A DNA stretch of 64,000 nt, from the NCBI RefSeq assembly GCF_044704955.1, contig NC_091995.1, positions 16,182,001 to 16,246,000 on the forward strand, given 5' to 3'. Of this stretch, positions 11,594 through 24,429 are shown piece by piece. Position 1 is the first letter of the stretch, and each line of letters begins with the position of its first letter. Source of the stretch: Pristiophorus japonicus (taxonomy: Eukaryota). Both the position numbers and the translations under genes were made by a program. The notes beneath the pieces were generated by a model. That model saw only the letters and a list, made by a program, of their open reading frames with translations. It had not been told where the DNA came from and did no database searches.

Positions 11594-12774
11594 GTAAGAG
11601 TCTTTTTCTGAGCGTTTTGTGTAGGGGTATTGTACAAGCAGAGTAGAGGAAAATTCACCTTGCAGTCTATAATGTTATAGCTGACGCAGAAATACTGGAG
11701 GCCCACAATGGATAACATTCCATGCTTTTCTTCCCAGTACAAACATAACAATGTCTCATTCCAATTTCTCCTCCTGGTATAACAACCATCTTCACTTCTT
11801 TAAGTCCAAGGGGCACACAACCGGATAAGCCGTCCATTCCTAGATTTGGCTTGCCACATTAATCTCTATCTGGCTTTGCTCACCTGTGGAGAAACCGTCC
11901 ATTACTATTGCATCGTCCTGGAAGTTAACGGTAGCTGCAGGCTCCTCTTCTCTACTGCCTTAAACAACTTTGCCCACCACCCCCTCTCTCTCATTTCTAA
12001 CAAGTGCGAGGAACTCATGTAGTTATTCCTCATGTCCATCTGTTGAGCTGTCTCGTTGCTTCTGTCTTCCCCTTGTTTACTCAGCCAAATGTCCCCCAGC
12101 CCTTTCACCATCATTTCCCTGGAACCTGGCCTCTCACTAGTTTCTGCCCTTTTCCCCACACCCCGTCCAAAATTATCTCATCCACGAGATCTTTTTTTCT
12201 GTTCTCTTGACCCTCCCTTTCCCACCAATCTCCTGATCAGCCAACAGCCATTTTTGTGAATGGCTTAATTTACATCGTTGCCTTTTAAACCCACTGCCAT
12301 TACCCGTTTTTATGATCACAACTTCTTTAATCACAGGATGTGGGCATCGTTGGCAAGGCCAGCATTTATTGTCCATTCCTCATTGCCCTTGAGAAGGTGA
12401 TGGTGAGCCACCTTCTTGAATCGCTGCAGACCTATGTGGTGAAGGTGCTCCCACAGAGGTGTTAGGTAGGGTGTTCCGGGATTTTGGCTCAGCGATGATG
12501 AAGGAATGGCGATATATTTCAACGTCAGGATGGTGTGTAATTTGGAGGGGAACTAGGAGGGGTTTGTCTTCCCAACACCTGCTGCTCTTGTCCTTCTCGG
12601 TGGTAGAGATCACAGGTTTGGAAGATGCTGTTGAAAAAGCTTTGGTGAGTTGCTGCAGTGCATCTTTGATCTGTCTGTCCTATCCAGGTAATGTCCCATA
12701 TTGAACCTGCCTTTCCCTTCCAATGTCCTTAGAGTGCTGTTGCCTTACAGATATGTACCCACTTCCCTTCAGAT

Positions 12775-13100
12775 AAGGTTTCTGCCTCTGCCACAACACT
12801 GAAATGACACTGACCAAAGTCAGAAGTGACATTCTCTGCTACAGTGGCTATGGTATGTTATCTTTCCTGTAAACTTTGACTTGTCAATCACACGACCCTC
12901 CTCCAATGTCTCTTCTCTATTGCTCAATTCCCTGGCACTGTTCTTGCTCAGCTCTATGATAATGCATCTAATTTTAACCAGAGCATCTGCAGCAATGGCT
13001 TCTCTTTCCAGCCAATAGCTTGGGAGTCCCCAAAGTATCTATCCTTTGTTTCTTCGTCGAGTTGGCATCATCAAAGCTAGGCATTCAGCTTCCATATATA
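12775..13100 (+). mobile_element. Degenerate L2 LINE RT fragment
   Basis: Remnants of GF..H.TE..L.KV..DIL and GVPQ in shifted frames. Confidence 0.5.
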
Positions 13101-13104
13101 CGCC

Positions 13105-14090
13105 AATTAAGAAATAGGAGCAGAAGTCGCCCATTTGGCCCCTCGAGCCTGCTCCGCTATTCAATAAGATCATGGCTGATCTGATCTTGGCTTCAAATCC
13201 ACTTCCCTGCCCACTCCCCAGAACCCTTGACTCTCTTATCATTCAAAAATCTGACTATCTCCACCTTAAATATATTCAATGTACCAGCACCCACAGCTCT
13301 CTGGGGTAGAGAATTCCAAAGATTCATCACCCTCTGAGAGAAGACAACCCTCTTCATCTCCATTTTAGATGAGCGACCCCTTATTCTGAAACTATACCCC
13401 TTATTTCTAGATTCGCCCACGAGGGGCAGCATCCTCTCTGCATCTAACCTGTCAAGCCCCCTCATGATTCTTATATGTTTCAATAAGATCAACTCTCATT
13501 CTTCTAAAATGCAATTTGTATGGGCCCAACCTGCTCAACTTTTTTCATAAAACAACCTCTTCATCTCAGGAATCAACCTCATGAACCTTCTCTGAACAGC
13601 CTCCAATGCAAATATATACCTCCTTAAATAAGGAGAACAAAATTGTATGCAGTACTCCAGGTGTGGTCTCACCAACGTTCTGTACAGTTGTAGCAGGACT
13701 TCCCTACTTTTAGACTCCATCCCCTTTGAAATAAAGGCCAACATTCCATTTGCCTTCCTGATTACTTGCTGCACCTGCATCCTAACTTTATGTGTTTCAT
13801 GCACAAGGACCCCCAGATCCCTCTGTACTGCAGCATTTTGTAATCTCTACCCATTTAAATAATAATTTGCTTTTGTATTTTTCCTATCAAAGTGGGTAAG
13901 CTCACACTTTCCCACATTATACTCAGTCTTCCAATTTTTTGTCCACTCACTTAGCTGTCTCTATCCCTTTGTAGATTATTTGCATCCTCCTCGCAACTTG
14001 CTTTCCCACCTATTTTGTACTATCAGCAAATTTGTCTACATTACACTCGGTCCCTTCATCCATGTCATTAGAATAGACTGTAAATATTTG
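13105..14090 (-). mobile_element. CR1 LINE 3' fragment
   Basis: Minus-strand ORFs QVQQVIRKANGMLAFI...LVRPHLEYC and SQRVMNLWNSLP. Confidence 0.9.
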
Positions 14091-14326
14091 AGTAAAAAGT
14101 AATAGCTTTACTTATACACCATCTATCTTGACCCCTCCTTGTGCTGTCAGACTGTATCTCCGACTTCTAGTCTTGAATCTGCGACCCTTTATCTGATTGC
14201 ACATCGCTCCAGTGCTTTGGAATGTATTTCTGCTTTACGGGTGCTATAAATAGGCAAACTGGTATTATTGTATTTATACGCATTGGAAATTAAAACTTGT
14301 GCTAACCTGATTGTACTCATTATTAG

Positions 14327-14455
14327 GTACATTCCAATTGTTGCAGTAATGAAGCAGTTTCCCTGCATTACGCCAAAGTGGACACAAAGCAAAAGGGGAG
14401 GATGAGGAGAATGAATATGGAGGAACATGATGTGGAGTACGACACCATCAAATGA
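14327..14455 (+). CDS. Terminal cytoplasmic exon with two ITIM-type motifs, copy 1
   Basis: Branch-point-like CTAAC at 14302, tattag| acceptor. Reads VHSNCCSNEAVSLHYAKVDTKQKGRMRRMNMEEHDVEYDTIK*. LHYAKV at 14363-14380, VEYDTI at 14432-14449. An alternative acceptor at 14346 enters the same frame in phase 2. Confidence 0.82.
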   Translation, partial: VHSNCCSNEAVSLHYAKVDTKQKGRMRRMNMEEHDVEYDTIK

Positions 14456-14694
14456 AGTGGTGGCAAGAAACTTGACATACCTCAAAACCCCGATCCGACA
14501 GATTCCTACCCCTGTCACTAGGAGACCTGGGGCAATTTTAAACAATATCTGGCACATCGACCATCTTGCTCTTTATTACTCTGCCAATAAGGTTGCAACA
14601 TGTTAGCTATGAATGTGTGTAAATCTGCAGTTATTCCTAATTTCCCAGTGGTTCAATATTCGGCACTTTCAATTAATTACCCTGTAGAGGCTAT

Positions 14695-17561
14695 GGGCTA
14701 GGTTTTATACTTTTGTGCATATCGCCCAAAAATGGGCATTATTTCCGGTGTGGGCAGTAAAAATGGGTTTTCAGATCGCCGGCTTCTTGCCCATTCTCAA
14801 ATCACCTAGTCTTCATTTTTGAAATTGGGCATTATTGCAAGCGATATGAAATGGGCGTTAGCATTAAATCTCTCTGACCTTCTGTCGTAAAGTGTCGCTG
14901 TCCTTAGCAACGGCATGGCAATGCTCAATTCCTGTGATTCAGGAGGTCAAGGATCATCATGACACGCACTGAAGAGGAGACAGAGAGAGAGGGAGCTGAG
15001 AGGGACTGAAAGCATGTGTGGCTGTGGTGTGTACTTGTTTGGCTGTTGTGAGAGGCACGACGGAGATTCACCAGCAGCAAAAAGCCTACCTTGCATCAAG
15101 AACATAGTTGGCACCGAGTTTTTCTGCAACAAATAATATATAACATGGAAGGGATGGTAGAGGCCCTAGAGCTGGTAGCGAGGAACACTGGTAGCAGAGG
15201 GCTCCTAGTGGTCCCAGAGCACTGCACTGCACCACAAGGTGATGCACCCCCATTGCTAATGACACATGAGAGTCAGGAGCAACATCTTGCTTCTGGCTCG
15301 GAGCACGTTCCCACCTTGGGACCATCCTCTTCCGTATCCATCCAAGCAGCGTTTCGGCTCACATCCCACCCCCCCCCCCCCCCACCCCGCCCAATCAAGT
15401 ATCGCCTGAGGAGCTCCTCAGCCAGGTGGCTTAGAGTCAGGAGGGGAAGGGGAAGGGGTAGAGGTGGGTGGGAGAAGCTGGGGTGGGGGGAGGGTTGTTT
15501 TTTACAGAAATACTGATGATTTCAGACAAATGTTCGGCTTAAATGTTTTTTATTTAACAAAACCTTGTTGCACATTGGCTCAGATAGCTGCACCATTACA
15601 CGCTGGTGATTCCTTAACATCAAAGGGTATACTTACACTTAACTTCAATCAACTTAAACTTTAACTGTCACAAAGGTAATGCCCACCATTGATGTATGAC
15701 CTGCACACCCAGTAGTGTATCAGCCTTGTAAATATCACCAACGTTCTTTCACGCAAAGCGCTCATTGATGAGCTCTTGACATAAGGCTCATGTCGCTATC
15801 ATGTCACCATGGGTCCTTTCAAGTGGTCTACAGGGAAGTGGGGGAATTGGAATCCGCATCAGCCTGATTGTCTGGGCCGATGTCAGCATCCGCCTCCTCA
15901 ATCTCCTCTTCCTCTCTGTGGTGAGGTGGCCTGTCAGAGCCAAGTTGTGCAGCATGGAGCACACCACCATGAATTGAGCTACCTGCTCAGGGTGGTATTG
16001 GAACGTGCCTCCTGAGTGGCCCAGGCATCTAAAGTGCTGCTTAAGCACTCCAATGGTTTTCTCCATGATATTGCAAGTGGCTCTGTGGCTCTCATTGTAT
16101 CGCCTCTCAGCTTCGGTGTTGGTGTCATGCAGGGGGGTCATCAGCCAGGTGGCGAGGTCACCAAGCATCCAGCATTGACCTTGTGGCTGATTGTTAATCA
16201 AGTCAGATACAGTGCTCTTATGCAAGATGCGAGCATCATGGATGCTGCCCAGAAATGTAGCATTTACGGCCATTATAATTTGCTGGTGGTCAAAAACGAG
16301 TTGAAGATTCAGGGAGTGGAATCCCTTGTGGTTCGTGAAAACCTCTGCATCCTGAAAAGGTGCCCGCATCGCAATGTGCATACAGTCTATTGCTCCCTGC
16401 ACCTTGGGGAAGTTTGCAATTCTGGAGAATCCTAGAGCCCTCTCAGTCTGTGCCTCCCAAGTCATAGGAAAGCTGATCAAGTCCCTCCTGCGTGCGTACA
16501 GGGCTTCAGTGACATGTCTAATGCAGCAATGTGTGGCATGCTGAGACAGACCACAAATGTCACCAGCTGAGGCCTGAAAAGAAAACGATGTGTAGAACGA
16601 CAGTGCCGCAGTGACTTTGACCTCAGCGGACAGTGCGGTCCTGATGGTGCTGGCAGACTCCAGATCTCCCCTTATGAGCTGGCATAGCTCAGTGATAAAC
16701 TCTTTGTGTCTCCGAAGGCAAGTGGTGTCTGGCAAGTCGAGGTAAGACCACTTGTCCCTGTACTTGCGAGGAGTGTAACATCTCGTCCTCCTCATCAGTC
16801 TGGCAGGTCTTACATTGGGCACATAATGCTGTGGAGCATACCTTTGGCCATCTCGACTCTGCAGCATGTAATTGATCATCAAGAGAGGGTGAGAAAAGAC
16901 AGGCCCCATTGCAATAGCTCTCTGTTTTCCACCGCTTGGTCACAAAGAATTAATGTCCCGACGAAGACACCTATTAAATTCCAATTGGTTACAGTATCGT
17001 CAAGATGTTTGTACAGATGTTCACATCACCTCCAAAGACCTCCAGAGTACATCTAAACTCCCCCGAGGTTGAAGTAGAGCAGCCTTTTAAAGGATGCGAC
17101 ATGTGATGTAGAACATGGAGTCCATAATGCTATGATTAATTCTGGTTAGTTCCACTTTTTCCGGGCGGTTTTTTGGGCTAGCGATATTGTGGGCGATATG
17201 TGTGCGAGTTGGTGAAAGTGACACCGGGTGATCTCATGGCAATTAATTTCGGAAAATGTGATCTTTATGACAAAAAAAGTGGGCGGCCGGTAATATTGAA
17301 TTTCGCCGTTAATTCCATGCGGAAACTAACGCTGGGCAATATTATGGGGGTTGATTTTGCCCATTCTGATGATTCCGCCACAAAATTTGGGCAGACGATA
17401 TTATCATTTCCCGGCATTATGCACATAAGTTTCCAAAAAATGCCTGTCAGTTTCCAATTTGTGGCTAAATGGGTGATAAATGGGCGTTATACGTCATTTC
17501 AGCGGTAAAATGGACATTAATTGGGCATTAAGCATGCAAAAAAAAGTGGAGGTTCTAGCCC
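14695..17561. mobile_element. PIF/Harbinger DNA transposon (decayed)
   Basis: Imperfect terminal inverted repeats GGGCTAG..ACTTTT..TGCAT / ATGCAAAAAAAAGT..CTAGCCC, flanks TAT and TTT, internal transposase. Confidence 0.8.
15788..16909 (-). pseudogene. Harbinger (HARBI1-like, DDE_Tnp_4) transposase remnant
   Basis: FPKVQGAIDCMHI, KGFHSLNLQLVFD, GSIHDARIL, WLMTP, YNESH..EKTIGVLK..FRCL, CSMLHNLA. Deletion after LGD and a frameshifted C-terminus. Confidence 0.88.
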
Positions 17562-18019
17562 TTTGTGTCTCTGACCCAATCTTAGAAAATTGAAACTTCC
17601 TTATCATTAACAGAAAATATGTTTCCTAGCCTCACAAACTAAAGAAGGTGGGAAACGAGATCCTCCAAGTCACTGCGTGTAGCGACAAAGTAAATGAAAA
17701 TTGCGTCATGTGGGTATTTCTGGTGAAATTATAAAAGCACTCTTAAAAATGTATTTGCTGTGTTCCTAGAAATAAGAATTAAGAAATCTTCTCAGTGTTT
17801 ACATGGTCGATAACAGGTGTTTTTCAGAAAAGGAATATATCCCAAAATGCTACTTACTGGTTTCCATTTGTCATGAATATTAAAATACTTAACTCTGCAT
17901 GCCAGATTTACCATAACTTTTCATCTAAGTGTCACAAATATTTCAATTTTGCACTTGACATTTTCTAAGATTCAATGTCACCAGTCACTTCTGAAAGTGG
18001 ACCGAGGGTCCCCTATGAT

Positions 18020-18365
18020 TTAGAGGAGGATTATGTGGTCAACCATGTCAAAGGCTGCAGACAGGTCCAGAAGGATGATGAGGGAAAATCTACTTTTGTC
18101 ACAGTCACATAGGATGTCATTTGCCACTTTGCTCGGGGCCGTTTGAATGCTGTGGCATGGGTGAAAATATGATGGGATGGGTTTCAAATCTGGAGCTGCG
18201 GCAAAAATGTGGCACAAATTTTGGAGGTGGCAACATGTTCAAGGTCTTTGGTGCACAAGGGGAGTTTGAAGATGGCACAGTAGTTTTCAGGGCCAAGGGT
18301 GAGTTTTTTCAGGAGGGGCTGCTGATGGCAGATTTGAAGCGGAGGGGGACAGTACCTGAGGAGAG
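18020..18365 (-). mobile_element. L2 LINE RT fragment
   Basis: KVANDILCDCD..SLIILLDLSAAFDMVDH. Confidence 0.75.
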
Positions 18366-19265
18366 ATAAACGAAAAGGGGATAAGGGGTTATGGGGAGCG
18401 GGCGGGGAGGTGGAGCTGAGTCCATGACCAGATCAGCCATGATCTTATTGAATGATGGAGCAGGCTCGAGGGGCCGTATGGCCTACTCCTGGTATTATTT
18501 CTTATGTTCTTATGTAAGTCATGAGATGTTAGTTGCCTTTGCACCAGAGCCGCTTTCCCCCTGCCCTGACAACAGAATGCATTCAGACTGGACTAGTACT
18601 GTAGAACTGAGGAAAGCTTCACTCGTTTATTAATTTAAATTTGAGCTGACTGGACTTTTATTTTAATAATAACATTTAATTATCTGCTATTCTTAAGTAG
18701 AAGCTATTCAAGCTAAATGTTTTTTCAGAAAAGTCTGGAGTGCTCGCAATTGCTTTTGGAGGTAACTGCCATTGCTCAACCATCATCTCCCCTGCCCCAC
18801 ACTCGTCTCTTCCCACCCAATCTGGCATGGATCTGAGAAAGGACACTGAATTGGTTAAAACTGATCCTTCACGAGGCTGAACCTTTCTCCGCCTCTTGGC
18901 CACATTGTGAATAAAAGGCGTAGAAGTTATGGTAACAAAACTTGAGGATCCTACTATAATGGTTCCGAAGTGTATTTATAAGCGAGTGCAGTTGATGAAT
19001 ATCCACTCAAATTAAGTCTTCAAACTTTAAATATAATAAATCATGATGTCTTTATATTCAGTACTACAATTTAGCAAATGTTGTTGCTTGGGATAGGGCT
19101 CAGACAGAAATAAACATAGCCTAAAGATTAAAAATATTTTATAAAAGGATGAGAGCAAAGTTTAGATCAGCAATAGTGTTAAAAGTAATACAAATACTTC
19201 AAGTTCAGAAAAAATATTGGAAATAATAACAAACTAACTGTTCAAAATACAACAGAATACAACAG

Positions 19266-19780
19266 TGCTATTGAAGGAGTGCAGCGAAGGTTCACCAGAC
19301 TGATTCCCTAGATGGCGGGACTAACATATGAGGAGGGACTGGATCAACTGGGCCTTTATACACTGGAGTTTAGAAGGATGAGAGGGGATCTCATAGAAAC
19401 TTACAAGATTCTGACAGGACTGGACAGGCCAGATGCGGAAAGAATGTTCCCAATGATGGGGAAGTCCAGAACCAGGGGACGCAGTCTTAGGATAAATGGT
19501 AGGTCATTTAGGACTGAGATGAGGAGAAACTTCTTCACTGAGTGTTGTTAACCTGTGGAATTCCCTACCGCAGAGAGTTGTTGATGCAAGTTCATTGGAT
19601 ATATTCAAGAGGGAGTTAGATATGGCCCTTACGGCTAAAGGGATCAAGGGGTATGGAGAGAAAGCAGGAAAGGGGTACTGAGGGTACCTCAGCCATGATC
19701 TTATCGAATGGTGGTGCAGGCTCGAAGGGCTGAATGGCCTACTCCTGCACCTATTTTCTATGTTTCTATGTTTCTATGAA
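19266..19780 (+). mobile_element. CR1 3' fragment
   Basis: MAGLTYEE.L.QLGLYTLEFRRMRGDLIETY and TTTCTATG tail. Confidence 0.9.
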
Positions 19781-19839
19781 TATGATCAGTTGGAACATGT
19801 GTTGAAAACATCAGGGCATAAGGGCAGGAAATGATATTT

Positions 19840-22800
19840 TCCGAAATTAGAAGTTCTATATACCAATGCATGTAGCATAAGAAATAAAACAAGTGAATTA
19901 GAAGTGCAAATACAATTAAAAGGAGATGACATTGTGGTCATCACTGAGACCTGACTACATGCTGAGCAGGAGTTGTTCATAGAGTCCAGATAGCAGTGAT
20001 AAATAACCTGGATAAATAAGCACGAAGATCACAGAAGTTTATAGCAAAAGCTCAGTAGTTATAATGGGAGACATCATTTTTCATATAGACTGGACAAGAT
20101 TAAAAAAAAGCACAAACCCAGCAAAATTCTTGAGTGTATTCTAGAAAGTTATCTAGAACAATATGTTCTTGAACTAACAAGAAACTGGCCATCTTAGACT
20201 TAGTAATGATTAACAACTTATATTTATATTGCGCCTTTAACATAGTGAAACGTCCCAAGGCATTATAAGACAAAAACTTTGACACCAAGCCACATAAGGA
20301 TAAATTAGGGCAGGTGACCAAAAGCTCAGTCAAAGAGGTAGGTGTTAAGGAGTGTCATGATGGAGGAACGAGAGTAGGGGGCAGCTAGGTTTAGGCACAG
20401 AATTCCAGAGTTTGGGGGCCTAGGCAACAGAAGGCACGACCACTGATGGTTGAGCGATCATAATCAGGGATGCTCAAGAAGGAAGAATTAGAGGAGCGCA
20501 GATATCTCGGGGGGGGTTGTGGGGCTGGAGGAGATTACAGAGATAGGGAGGGTCGAGGCCAAGGAGCGGTTTTGAAAACAAAGATGAGAATTTTGAAATC
20601 GAGGCGTTGCTGAACCGAGAGCTAATATAGGTCAGCAAGCACAGGGGTGATGGGTGAGCGGGCCTTGGTGTGAGTTAAGACACGGGCTGCCGAGTTTTGG
20701 ATCACATCTAGTTTACGTAGGGTAGAATGTGGGAAGCCAGCCAGGAGTGTATTGGAATAGTCAAGTCTAGAGGTAACAAAGGCATGGATGAGGGCTTGAG
20801 CAGCAGATGACTTGAATTAATGAGCTGAGGATTAATGAACCTGAATTCATCCAAAGGAACATTTGGCTAACAGTGACAATATGATATAATTCGATAGGAT
20901 GTTTGAGAAGGAGAAGGGTGAGTCACGAATCAAGGTTTTAAATTTAGGTTTGGCTAACGTTAGAGGGATAAGGCAGGAATTGACCACAATAGACTGAGCA
21001 GAACTATTGACGGACAAAACAACGGATGAACAGTGAGAGGTTTTCAAAAAAGTATATGGTGGTACACAAAAACTATACATACTCCTAAAGGGCTATTTGT
21101 GTGATTAAACAACCTTGGTCAACAACGAAAGTGAGGGATGGTATAAAATGAAACTAAAATGTAGGGCTTATATGTAAGCAAAGAACTGTAGAGATACAAT
21201 GGACTGGTAGAGATGTAAAGAACAGTAAAGGGATACAAAGAGAGTGGGAAGAGCTGCAAAAAGGGAATACAAGAAAAAGCTTGCGAGGGATATCAGGGAC
21301 AACACTCAAAGTTGTTACAAAAATATTAAGAGAAAGAGGGTGGCTAAGCGTAATGTGGGCCACCTTAATGACAGACACAGTTGATATTGTAATTGGAAAT
21401 CAGGAAATGGCAGAATTACTAAATAGTTACTTTGCATTTGTTTTCACAGTAGACGATGAGGATAAAATACCAGAGATACAAGGAAAAATAAAAATAAATC
21501 AAGAAAGGAATTAACTAGATTCAATATAATTATTTTTAAATGGTGATGGAAATCTAATGAGATTAAAGATAGGTAAATCTCCAGGATCCAATAGTTTCCA
21601 CAGCGTATGAAAAGAAGTAGGCGAGGAAATTATTGATGCTCCAATCATGATCATCCAAAACTCTCTTGATTCAGGGATTGACCCTTGGATTGGAAAATTG
21701 ACACTGTCACTTCACTATTTAAGAAGGGTAAGAGAACTAAACTGGAAAAGATAGGCCTATTGGTCTAACGTCAGTTGTGGGAATGTTTTTTTTTTCATTC
21801 ATGGGATGTGGGCATTGCTGGCAAGGCCCGCATTTATTGCCCATGCCTAACTGCACTTGAATGACTTGCTGGGCCATTTCAGAGAGGCAGTCAACAGTCA
21901 ACCACATTGCTGTGGGCCTGGAGTCATATATAGGCCAAGACCGGGTAAGGGCGGCAAATTTCCTTCCCTGAAGGGCATTAGTTACGAGAGTCTGTTACTA
22001 GGGAGAGAGCGACTGAGTATTTGGACAAATAGGAGCTCATCGGAGAGAGCCAGCGTGGCTTTGTAAAGGGTAAGTCAGGTCTAGCAGACTTGTTGGATTT
22101 TTTGAGATTGTTACTAACGTGGTAGATAAGGGAACCTTATTCATATGGACTTCCAGAAGGCTATCGACAAGGTACCACATAAGAGATTGTTAAGACAAAT
22201 GAGAGTGCGTGGAATTGGAGGCAACCTATTAGCTTGGATAGGGAATTCGTTAAGAGGCAGGAGATAAAGATTTAGGATAATGGGTATGTACTCAAATTGG
22301 CACGATGTGGTTAGTGGTGCCACTAGGAATCAGCACTGCTACAGTTTGTCACTATATTTATAAATGACTTGGATGAAGGAATAGAGAGCTGCATACTTAA
22401 GTTTGCTGATGATACTACGTTAGGGGGCGTAGTAAATAATGTAGATGGGAACAGAAAGTTTAACAAATGGGCATTGAAAGATTAAATGAGTGGGAAAAAC
22501 TGTGGCAAATGGATTTCAATGTAAGCAAATGTGACGTCTTGGACTTAAAAGGGATAGAACAGGGAACTTTCTAAATGAGAAAAGCTAAAAACAGTGGAGT
22601 GCAAAGAGACTTGAGGGTCCAGGTACATAAATCATTAAAATGCCATGAATAGGTAGAGAAAATAATCATAAAAGCAAATGGAATGCTGGCCTTTATATCT
22701 AGCGGACTAGAATTCAAGGGGTAGAAGGTGTGTTATAGATATATAAATCCCTGGTTAGACCCCTCATGGAATCCTGTGAGCAGTTCTGGGTGGCACACCT

Positions 22801-23315
22801 TAGGAAGGATATATTTGCCTTTGAGGGATTGCAGTGTCGGTTTACTAGAATGATACCCAGAATCCAGGGGTTAAATTATGAGGAGAAATTACACAAACCA
22901 GGGTTGTATTCCCTGGAATTTAGAAGACTAAGGGGTCAATTGATTGAAGTTTTGAAGATATTAAGGGGAACAGATAGCATAGATAGAAAGAAACTATTTC
23001 CGCTGGTTGGGGAGTCTAAACCTAAGGGAGAGAGTCTAAAATTTAGAGCCAGTCCCTTCAGGAGTGAAATTAAGATACACTTCTACACAGAAAGGCTGGT
23101 AGAAGTTTGGAACTCTCTTCAGCAAACGACAATTGATGCTGGGTCAATTGTTAATTTTAAATCTGATGCTGATAAACTTTTGTTAACCAAAGGGATTATG
23201 GAATATGGGGCAAAGGCAGGTATATGGAGTTAGATCGCAGATCAGCCATGATCTCATTGAATGGAGGAACAGGCTCGAGAAGTTAAATGGTCTCCTCCTG
23301 TTCCTGTGTTCCTAT
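19840..23315 (+). mobile_element. Old, heavily degraded near-full CR1 ORF2 with nested insertions
   Basis: Colinear remnants of endonuclease (YTNA, ITET), linker (GNQEMAELLNSYF), RT and C-terminus, interrupted at about 20213-20812 and 21790-21980. Confidence 0.75.
20213..20812 (-). mobile_element. L2 LINE 3' end nested in CR1
   Basis: Starts ACAACTTATATTTATATTGCGCCTTTAAC, the reverse complement of the L2-type tail shared with the SINEs. Confidence 0.65.
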
Positions 23316-23319
23316 CTCA

Positions 23320-23850
23320 AGAGGACTAGAATACAAAGGGGTGGCAGTTATGTTACAGATGTATATAGTTCTGGTGGGACCCTAGCTGGAACACGGCATC
23401 CAGTACTGGTCACCCCGCCTCAGAAAGGACATAATGGCCTTGGAGGGAGTACCGTGTAGATTCACCTGAATGATAGTGGGGCGAAAAGGGTTAAATTGAG
23501 GACGTTGCATATACTCAGCTTGCATTCCCTTGAATATAGAAGATTTAAGCTTTAATCTAATTGAGGTGTTCAAGATAATTCATGAATTTGATAGGGTCGA
23601 TAAAGAGAAAGTATTTCCTCTGGTGGGGAGAGTTGAGAACATGGAGGCAGAATCTTAAAATTAGAGCTAGGTCATTCAGGGCTGATATCAGGGAGCACTT
23701 CTTCACACAACGGGTAGTGGAAATCTGGAACTCACTCCCACCAAAAGCTGTTGAGGCTGGGGTCAATGGCAAATTTCAAAACTAAGATGATAGATTTTTT
23801 TTGGCAAGAGCATTAAGGATTATGGAGGCAAGGTGGTTAAATGTGGCTCA
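23320..23850 (+). mobile_element. CR1 3' fragment
   Basis: LKIRARSFR.DIREHFFTQRVVEIWNSLP. Confidence 0.8.
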
Positions 23851-24195
23851 GATGCACTGTCAGAGGTGCTATCTTTCGGATGAGACATTAAACCGGGGTC
23901 CCGTCTGCTCTCTCACAGGTGAACGTAAAAGATCCCATCTCACTATTTTGAAGAAGAGCAGAGGAATTTTCCACGGTGTCCTGGGCCAATATCTATCCCG
24001 GAATCAACATCACTAAAACAGATGAACTGGTCATTATCACATTGCTGTTTGTGGGAGCTTGCTGTGTGAAAATTGGCTGCCGCGTTTCCTGCATTACAAC
24101 AGAGACTACACTTCAAAAAGTGCTTCATTGACTGTAAAGTGCTTTGGGACGATCTGAGGTCGTGAAAGGCGCTATGGAAATGCAAGTATTTCTTT
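23850..24195 (+). mobile_element. SINE, 5'-truncated, same family as 351-780
   Basis: TTTCGGATGAGAC...CATTGCTGTTTGTGGGAGCTTGCTGTG...GGCGCTAT tail. Confidence 0.75.
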
Positions 24196-24429
24196 ATAAG
24201 TTCAACGTTAGCGGTAATTCCTTACCTCAAACTGAGACTCACACAGTAGCTTTTATCTAATAAACAATTTTTGAATGACTTTAAAAGAGATTGAGGCGGG
24301 TCCTGACTCCCCGGAGAATTGTGTTAACAATTGGGGTCCGGGGAAAAAAAATATTCAGTTTCGAATCTACCACTTGTGTAGCATGTACGCTTAATTTGGC
24401 CACTTGTGAGGGTTTTGGTTTAACCCTTT

